From a virus, in the IMG/VR virus record IMGVR_UViG_3300025645_000038, positions 64,001 to 128,000 of that record: a stretch of DNA of 64,000 nt; one strand, written 5' to 3'. Shown here in pieces: positions 57,514-64,000 of the stretch. Position 1 is the stretch's first letter; the number at the start of each line of letters is the position of its first letter. Under the pieces are notes generated by a model that was not told where the DNA came from, searched no databases, and worked only from the letters and a program-made list of their open reading frames with translations. The position numbers were made by a program, and so were the translations under genes.

Positions 57514-59526
57514 ATGATGGAAAAATTTCAGTTATCAGAAAATTTTATAAATAAATTTAAAAGAAAAAAGCCACCATTTGGTTTCAACGGATTAGGTGAA
57601 TTAGTTTATATGAGAACCTACTCAAGAATTAAAGAAGATGGTAAAAATGAGAGATGGTGGGAAACTGTACAAAGGGTTGTAGAAGGTACATACTCAATGC
57701 AGAAGAAATGGATTGAGTCTCACGAGTTAGGTTGGAATGCATGGCAGGCTCAGAAGAGTGCTCAAGATATGTATGAAAGAATTTTTACAATGAAGTTCCT
57801 ACCACCAGGTAGAGGACTTTGGGCTATGGGAACTCCTATCACAGAAGAAAAAGGTTTATATGCAGCTCTTAACAATTGTGCATTTGTATCAACCAAAACA
57901 ATAAAAGAAGATTATTCAAAACCTTTCTGTTTCCTTATGGATGCAAGTATGTTAGGTGTTGGAGTTGGGTTTGATACTAAAGGGGCTGATGAGATAATAG
58001 TAAAAGGAATAGATAAAGGTAGAGACGAACAATTGTTTGAAATACCTGATACTCGTGAAGGTTGGGTAGAATCTCTAAAGTTATTATTAGAAAGTTACTT
58101 TCATGGAACTGCTTCAATGAAGTTTGATTACTCAAAGATAAGAGGCGCTGGTGAACCAATAAGTGGATTCGGTGGTGTTGCTAGTGGTTATGAACCATTA
58201 GAAGAAGTTCATGAAGATATAAGAAAAGTATTAGAAAAAAATAGTGGAGAACCAATCACAATCACTACAATTGTTGATATTATGAATCTTATAGGAAAAT
58301 GTGTAGTAGCAGGTAATGTTCGTAGAACTGCTGAGATTGTATTTGGTGAGCCAGACAATGAAGAATATTTAGATTTAAAAAACTATGAAGTAAACCCACA
58401 CAGAGACCAATATGGATGGACAAGTAATAATAGTATATTTGCAGAATTGGGTATGGATTATACTGAAGCTGCCAAACGAATCGTAGATAACGGAGAGCCA
58501 GGTTTTGCTTGGTTAGATAATATGAGAAAGTATTCTCGTATGAAGAATGGTGGAGATGATAAAGACCATAGAGCTATGGGTGGTAATCCTTGTTTAGAAC
58601 AAACATTGGAGTCATATGAGTTATGTTGTTTAGTAGAAACTTTTCCTGATAATCATGATGACTTTGAAGATTATGCGAGAACTCTAAAGTATGCTTATCT
58701 TTATGCTAAAACAGTAACTCTTGGTAGAACACATTGGTCAGAAACTAACAGAGTTATGTTAAGAAACAGAAGAATAGGATGTTCGGTTAGTGGTATCGCT
58801 CAGTTCATCACTCATAGAGGATTGGGAACTTTAAAGGAGTGGTTAAATGATGGATACGATGTCATACAAGAATGGGATGATATGTACTCTGATTGGTTTG
58901 CTGTACCGAACTCAATCAAAACTACATCAGTTAAACCAAGTGGAACAGTTTCATTGTTGGCTGGCTCTACTCCAGGTTTACATTATCCCGAAAGTAGATT
59001 TTATATAAGAAGAATAAGGGTTTCAAAACATTCAGAACTATTAGTACCTATGGAAAAAGCAGGATATAAAATAGAACCTGCATTTGGTTCAGAGGATACT
59101 ACAATGGTTGTTGAAGTACCAGTAGATGTTGGAGAGGGAATAAGAACAGCGGCTGACCTATCGATATGGGAACAATTCAGTTTAGCTGCTTTTATGCAAA
59201 GACATTGGGCAGACAATCAAGTTAGTTGTACGGTTACATTCAATCCAGAAACAGAGGGTGAACAAATCGCACCCGCTCTAAATTATTATCAATATCATCT
59301 AAAAGGTATATCCCTTTTACCAAGACATGATTACGGAGCATATCCACAGATGCCGTATGAAGCTATAGATGAGAAAGAGTACAATAAACAAGTTAAGAAA
59401 CTTGGTAAACTTTCATTTGGTGTTATCAAAAATGAAGAGGCAGAAGTAGATAAGTTCTGTAATAACGATTCGTGTGAGATAATTCCAACGACTGGTGATA
59501 ACGATGACCAAGACTATGCTAATTAA
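57514..59526 (+). CDS. nrdJ: Class II adenosylcobalamin-dependent ribonucleotide reductase (monomeric RTPR type)
   Basis: FLPPGRGLW, LNNCAF, GNVRRTA, GNPCLEQ (thiyl Cys), ELCCL, TSVKPSGTVS and C-terminal CNNDSC; no beta-subunit gene nearby. Confidence 0.93.
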   Translation: MMEKFQLSENFINKFKRKKPPFGFNGLGELVYMRTYSRIKEDGKNERWWETVQRVVEGTYSMQKKWIESHELGWNAWQAQKSAQDMYERIFTMKFLPPGRGLWAMGTPITEEKGLYAALNNCAFVSTKTIKEDYSKPFCFLMDASMLGVGVGFDTKGADEIIVKGIDKGRDEQLFEIPDTREGWVESLKLLLESYFHGTASMKFDYSKIRGAGEPISGFGGVASGYEPLEEVHEDIRKVLEKNSGEPITITTIVDIMNLIGKCVVAGNVRRTAEIVFGEPDNEEYLDLKNYEVNPHRDQYGWTSNNSIFAELGMDYTEAAKRIVDNGEPGFAWLDNMRKYSRMKNGGDDKDHRAMGGNPCLEQTLESYELCCLVETFPDNHDDFEDYARTLKYAYLYAKTVTLGRTHWSETNRVMLRNRRIGCSVSGIAQFITHRGLGTLKEWLNDGYDVIQEWDDMYSDWFAVPNSIKTTSVKPSGTVSLLAGSTPGLHYPESRFYIRRIRVSKHSELLVPMEKAGYKIEPAFGSEDTTMVVEVPVDVGEGIRTAADLSIWEQFSLAAFMQRHWADNQVSCTVTFNPETEGEQIAPALNYYQYHLKGISLLPRHDYGAYPQMPYEAIDEKEYNKQVKKLGKLSFGVIKNEEAEVDKFCNNDSCEIIPTTGDNDDQDYAN

Positions 59527-59536
59527 AAACTTGCGG

Positions 59537-59570
59537 ATAGGCAGACGACACACCTATACAAAAATGTGTC
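59537..59570 (+). promoter_or_regulatory. Predicted H-type RNA pseudoknot in the TBDR leader
   Basis: S1 ATAGG/CCTAT, S2 GACACA/TGTGTC, L1 CAGAC, no L2, L3 ACAAAAA. Confidence 0.55.
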
Positions 59571-59598
59571 TTAACCAAAAACAAAGAGGAGACGTTTT

Positions 59599-62337
59599 AT
59601 GAATAAACGTAATCTATTATCTTGGCTGTTAATAGCTTTCACTCCAATTTTCCTTATGGGAAGTTCGGTAGTAGGAGTTGTTAGTGGCGAAGGTAAACCT
59701 TTGGTTGGAGCAAACGTAGTCATTGATGGTACAAACTTAGGAACCGTATCAGACGATGATGGTTTCTATAGTATTGATGTGCCTTTAGGTGAACATACTG
59801 TAGTTGCTTCATTCATAGGGTATTCATCTGTAACTCAAGTAGTTATGGTGGATTCAACAAGTGACGCTATAGCTGATTTCTCATTAGAGATGGATGCTAT
59901 TGCAATGTCTGCATTAGAAGTTCTTGCTTCTCGTGCTGACGAAACAACACCTGTTGCTTATACAACTGTAGATAAAGCTGAAATGGAAATCAGACTTGGT
60001 AGTCAAGATATTCCAATGATTCTTAATACTACACCGAGTGTATATGCTACTAACCAAGGTGGTGGTGCGGGTGATGCTCGTATCAATGTTCGTGGTTTCA
60101 ACCAAAGAAACGTTGCTGTTATGATTAATGGTGTTCCCCAAAATGATATGGAGAACGGATGGGTTTATTGGTCTAATTGGGATGGAGTAGGTGATGCTAC
60201 TTCTTCAATTCAGATGCAAAGAGGACTATCAGCTGTTAATCTTGCAACACCATCTATTGGTGGAACAATGAATATCATTACAGATCCTGCTGCTATGGAA
60301 AAAGGTGGTAAGTTCAAACAAGAAGTAGGTGAAGGTGGTTTTCTAAAAACTACTATGACTTACAACTCAGGTCTTATCAATGATAAACTAGCAATTGGTG
60401 GTGCGATAGTTCGTAAAACTGGTGATGGGTTTATTGATGGAACTTGGACAGACGCTTGGGCTTATTACTTAGGAACATCATATGCTATTAGTGATGACCA
60501 AAGGGTTGAACTATATGCTATCGGTGCTCCACAGAGACATGGACAGAACCTATACAAACAGAATATTGCTACTTACTCACAAGAGTTAGCAGGTAGTATT
60601 GATGGGTATGATGATTCTGCTTATGTTGCTGGTAACAAGTTTGAAACTGAAGCTGGTAGGTTTTATAATCAAAACGTAGCACCGATAAGTTCCGATTATA
60701 AAGGAAAGCAATATTGGTATATGTATGGGGATAAAACATCAGACAGATTTAGTCCCGACTTCCTAAATGAAAGAGAAAACTTCTTTCATAAACCACTTGT
60801 AAACTTAAATCATTTCTACGATATAAATGACGAACTTAGATTAAGTTCTGTTCTATATTGGAGTGGTGGTTCAGGTGGTGGTACTGGTACATATGGAAGT
60901 GTTAGTAGAAAACCTGCAGTTGAGGGAGAAAGATGGTATGCATCTTCACCTTGGACTTGGGATTGGGATGGAGAAATTGCTGAGAACTCTGCTAATGTAG
61001 ATTCTGCTTTCTCTGATACCGAAAATCGTTCTACTGGTATTCTTCGTAATTCAATTAATAGACAAGATACTTATGGTTTGATTTCAAAGTTAAACTATGA
61101 TGTATCAGATGAACTTGAAGTTCAGATTGGTATTGATTGGAGAACTGCTGGTATAGAACACGCTAGAGAAGTTCGTGACTTACTTGGTGGAGACTACTAT
61201 GTAGACTTTGCTGATAAGAATGCTCCCGATGGAAAAGTTGTTAGATTAGGTGATGAGATTGCTTATCACAATGAAACAACTGTCGATTGGTTTGGTGCTT
61301 TCTTACAAGGTAAGTATGATGCTGATAAGTTCAATCTTTATGGTATGGGTGGTATTTCAACCATTGGTTATACATATAAAGACCATTTCTCTGTAGAGAA
61401 AGAACTTGTTGAAGCTGATGCTATAACATCTTTCCAAGTAAAAGGTGGTGGTAGATATAATCTTGATGATAGATTATCTGCATTCGCTAATCTTGGATAT
61501 GTTCAGAAGCCGCCAATCCTTGATAATGTAATTTCTTATGATGGAACTGTATCTACAGATCCTGATAATGAGAAGTTCACATCAATGGAAGTCGGTGGTG
61601 AGTATAATAGTGGTTTAGTATCCATTAAGGGTAGTTACTACAATACTCAATGGAAAGATAGAAACCTTACAAAATCTGTAACAACAGGTCAAGGTGACTC
61701 AGGTGATACTGATATCATTTATCTAACTGGTGTAAATCAAAGTCATAGTGGAGTAGAAGTAGAAACGAAAGTTGCTCTTCACGAAATGGTTGACTTGGAT
61801 GTAGTAGTTAGTGTTGGTGATTGGTATTTCGATGGAGATGCTAAAGGTGACTATACAGAGATGGAATATAACGATGACAACCAAATCATTGGACAAACAT
61901 CTACAGAGTATGAATATGCTCTTAATGGTCTAATGGTTGGTGACATGCCACAAACTGCTTATGTTGGTGGATTAACTATTAAACCTATCGATGGATTAAG
62001 AATACAAGGTCTTTATAAGTGGTATGATAACCACTATTCAGATTGGAGTCCTGATTCTCGTGAGGTTGATGGTGATGCTGACAGAGCACAAGTATGGAAA
62101 ACTCCATCTTATGGCAAGTTAGACTTACATCTATCTTACAAACTACCAGAGATTGGTGGTTTAGATATGACACTTAGTGGTCATATATTTAACGTTCTTG
62201 ATGATGTTTATGTTCAAGACGCTGTTGACAATAGTAAGTATAATGGGTTTGGTGACAAAGTTCACGCTGCTCATAACGCTGAAGTATTTCTTGGTTCTCC
62301 AAGAAGTTTTAACTTAGGACTTGCTGTCAATTTCTAA
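59599..62337 (+). CDS. TonB-dependent outer-membrane receptor
   Basis: Signal peptide; N-terminal carboxypeptidase-regulatory-like domain (PLVGANVVIDGT..GTVSDDDGFYSI); plug (INVRGF...MINGVP, GGTMNIIT); beta-barrel; C-terminal PRSFNLGLAVNF. Confidence 0.92.
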   Translation: MNKRNLLSWLLIAFTPIFLMGSSVVGVVSGEGKPLVGANVVIDGTNLGTVSDDDGFYSIDVPLGEHTVVASFIGYSSVTQVVMVDSTSDAIADFSLEMDAIAMSALEVLASRADETTPVAYTTVDKAEMEIRLGSQDIPMILNTTPSVYATNQGGGAGDARINVRGFNQRNVAVMINGVPQNDMENGWVYWSNWDGVGDATSSIQMQRGLSAVNLATPSIGGTMNIITDPAAMEKGGKFKQEVGEGGFLKTTMTYNSGLINDKLAIGGAIVRKTGDGFIDGTWTDAWAYYLGTSYAISDDQRVELYAIGAPQRHGQNLYKQNIATYSQELAGSIDGYDDSAYVAGNKFETEAGRFYNQNVAPISSDYKGKQYWYMYGDKTSDRFSPDFLNERENFFHKPLVNLNHFYDINDELRLSSVLYWSGGSGGGTGTYGSVSRKPAVEGERWYASSPWTWDWDGEIAENSANVDSAFSDTENRSTGILRNSINRQDTYGLISKLNYDVSDELEVQIGIDWRTAGIEHAREVRDLLGGDYYVDFADKNAPDGKVVRLGDEIAYHNETTVDWFGAFLQGKYDADKFNLYGMGGISTIGYTYKDHFSVEKELVEADAITSFQVKGGGRYNLDDRLSAFANLGYVQKPPILDNVISYDGTVSTDPDNEKFTSMEVGGEYNSGLVSIKGSYYNTQWKDRNLTKSVTTGQGDSGDTDIIYLTGVNQSHSGVEVETKVALHEMVDLDVVVSVGDWYFDGDAKGDYTEMEYNDDNQIIGQTSTEYEYALNGLMVGDMPQTAYVGGLTIKPIDGLRIQGLYKWYDNHYSDWSPDSREVDGDADRAQVWKTPSYGKLDLHLSYKLPEIGGLDMTLSGHIFNVLDDVYVQDAVDNSKYNGFGDKVHAAHNAEVFLGSPRSFNLGLAVNF

Positions 62338-62349
62338 AATGGTAAACTT

Positions 62350-62375
62350 GGGGGGAATTTATTTCCCCCCTTTTT
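62350..62375 (+). terminator. Intrinsic terminator after the TBDR gene
   Basis: GGGGGGAA-TTTAT-TTCCCCCC-TTTTT. Confidence 0.88.
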
Positions 62376-62387
62376 ATCAAAAAACTC

Positions 62388-62416
62388 TTGACTTTTATCA
62401 AATTTATTCGTAGCTT
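62388..62416 (+). promoter_or_regulatory. Sigma70-type promoter for the DNA polymerase gene
   Basis: TTGACT-17 bp-TAGCTT. Confidence 0.6.
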
Positions 62417-62448
62417 TAAGTATAGAAAATGGGGATTATATAATCTAA

Positions 62449-64000
62449 ATGTATCAAAATTGTTATTTCGATAATAAAAAACAAACAGTTCATATTTGGG
62501 ATGACGAAAAAGGTTATTTCACAATGCCGTATAAAAGGTATGCTTATGTAAAAGATAGAAGTGGTGTACACATATCTTTATATGGAGACAAACTTAGAAA
62601 AGTTTACAGGTTTGATCCAGAGACACCTAATTTATTTGAATCAGATGTACCGCCAGAAACTCGTACATTGGTTGACCAATATGCTGACTCTGAAGAATTA
62701 TCTACAGGCCATCGTATTATGACAATTGATATTGAGGTTGAAGTTACAGATGGTTTTCCATATCCAGAAGACTCAAAAGATAAGATAACTGCTATCGCAG
62801 TTCATAACTCAGAAGAAGATGAGTATTATTGTTTAGTATTAGATGATAAAAAGAAACTCACTTTAGAATCAAAAGATAATGTGATTATCGAATCTTTTGA
62901 AAATGAGTTTGATTTACTACAAAGATTTTTTCTATTATATTTAGATTGGAAACCAACCATCATTACAGGTTGGAACTCTGATTCATTTGATATGCCTTAC
63001 ATCTACAATAGAGCTTGTAAGATTGTTGGTTCTGATATAGCTAATTTAATCTCACCAATAAGAGAAGTAAAGTGGAACAAACATCGTAAGAGGTTTATGT
63101 TTGCTGGTGTTAGTTGTTTAGATTACTTAGCTCTATACAAACTATTCACATACACTCAACTATCCTCTTACAGATTAGATGCTGTGGCTGAACACGAACT
63201 TAGTGAAAAGAAGGTTGAGTATAGTGGAACACTCAATGATTTATATGAAAACAATATAGATAAGTTTGTGGAGTATAACATTCATGATGTTAGACTTGTA
63301 AAGAGATTACATGATAAGTTAGACTTTATCGATATGGCTCGTGGTGTATGTCATGTAGGCCATGTTCCTTATGAGGATGTGTATTTCTCATCAAGATATT
63401 TAGAGGGTGCTATCTTGGTATACCTAAAAAACTTAGGTGTGGTTGCTCCAAATAAACCACCAAGAGTAATGAAGAATGATGACGAAAAGTTCGCTGGTGC
63501 TTATGTACAACCACCACAAAGGGGCAAACACGATTGGGTATTTGATTTGGATATTACATCTATGTATCCATCAGTTATTATGTCTCTCAATATCTCACCC
63601 GAAACAAAGATGGGTAAGTTAAATGGTTGGGATGTAGAGGAGTTTATGAAAGGAACTAAGAAAACATACACTCTTATACAGAATGATAAAGAGATGGGTA
63701 GACTTACTGAAACAGAACTTAAAGATTTCTTTGATAAAAACAAAGTTTCAGTATCTTCTAATGGTGTTCTATATCGTAGTGATAAGAAAGGATTGATTCC
63801 AGCACTACTAGAGAAGTGGTTTGATACTCGTGTGGAGTATAGAAAGTTGATGAAGAAGTTTGGTGATGCTGGAGATAATGAAAAATACACATACTTTAAA
63901 AGTCGTCAGCTAATACAAAAGGTTGTACTAAACTCTCTCTATGGTGTATTGGGTTTACCTGTATTTCGTTTCTATGATTTAGATAATGCAGAGGCTACTA
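62449..64000 (+). CDS. Family B DNA polymerase (gp43-like), 5' part, runs off the window end; absent from the ORF track
   Basis: Own translation from ATG 62449: ExoI IDIEV, ExoII GWNSDSFDMPY, ExoIII YNIHDV, motif A DLDITSMYPS, motif B QLIQKVVLNSLYG. Confidence 0.95.
   Translation, partial: MYQNCYFDNKKQTVHIWDDEKGYFTMPYKRYAYVKDRSGVHISLYGDKLRKVYRFDPETPNLFESDVPPETRTLVDQYADSEELSTGHRIMTIDIEVEVTDGFPYPEDSKDKITAIAVHNSEEDEYYCLVLDDKKKLTLESKDNVIIESFENEFDLLQRFFLLYLDWKPTIITGWNSDSFDMPYIYNRACKIVGSDIANLISPIREVKWNKHRKRFMFAGVSCLDYLALYKLFTYTQLSSYRLDAVAEHELSEKKVEYSGTLNDLYENNIDKFVEYNIHDVRLVKRLHDKLDFIDMARGVCHVGHVPYEDVYFSSRYLEGAILVYLKNLGVVAPNKPPRVMKNDDEKFAGAYVQPPQRGKHDWVFDLDITSMYPSVIMSLNISPETKMGKLNGWDVEEFMKGTKKTYTLIQNDKEMGRLTETELKDFFDKNKVSVSSNGVLYRSDKKGLIPALLEKWFDTRVEYRKLMKKFGDAGDNEKYTYFKSRQLIQKVVLNSLYGVLGLPVFRFYDLDNAEAT

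Noticed and set aside
59524-59598. Canonical cobalamin riboswitch, or nrdJ-to-TBDR readthrough
   Set aside because: The 72-nt spacer has no recognisable B12 box; the genes are in frame but a second TAA at 59572 blocks fusion.
59599-62337. TBDT as host contamination or a prophage boundary
   Set aside because: It is flanked on both sides by phage replication genes on the same strand, with similar composition and SD style; only read mapping could fully exclude a chimera.
176-63890. Minus-strand and nested alternative-frame ORFs in the track (e.g. 3009-3416, 50394-51119, 63501-63890)
   Set aside because: They are shadows of well-supported plus-strand genes, with no motifs or RBS.
48363-64000. 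Introns or inteins in thyX, uvsX, helicase, nrdJ or polB
   Set aside because: The ORFs are continuous and of normal length, and no intein splice motifs were seen.
1-64000. tRNA or rRNA genes
   Set aside because: Intergenic spacers are short and I saw no cloverleaf or T-loop consensus; tRNAscan-SE would confirm.

Overview
AT-rich, all-plus-strand segment of a large T4-like (myovirus-type) phage genome, probably aquatic. 1-5.6 kb is a head module: prohead protease, putative internal cargo proteins, a phage-encoded ribosomal protein bS21, scaffold and major capsid protein. 5.7-10.3 kb holds neck and tail-terminator genes. 10.3-34 kb holds four giant repeat-built fibre genes that abut in one reading frame; three carry YadA-head-like repeats and a C-terminal S74 chaperone. 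34.4-48.3 kb is the contractile tail: sheath, tube, chaperone with a probable programmed frameshift, tape measure and baseplate. 48.4-64 kb covers nucleotide metabolism and replication: ThyX, a thumb-less family A polymerase, SSB, UvsX/RecA, 5'-3' exonuclease, helicase, class II (B12-dependent) RNR, a complete TonB-dependent receptor, and the start of a family B polymerase missing from the ORF track. Main leads: (1) the nrdJ / pseudoknot / TonB-dependent receptor cassette; (2) a fibre array whose modules are bounded by DNA-conserved repeats shared between genes; (3) the thumb-less PolA; (4) a +1/-2 tail-chaperone frameshift; (5) structured leaders and a recurrent promoter motif. All family assignments come from motif recognition by eye; no database search was run.
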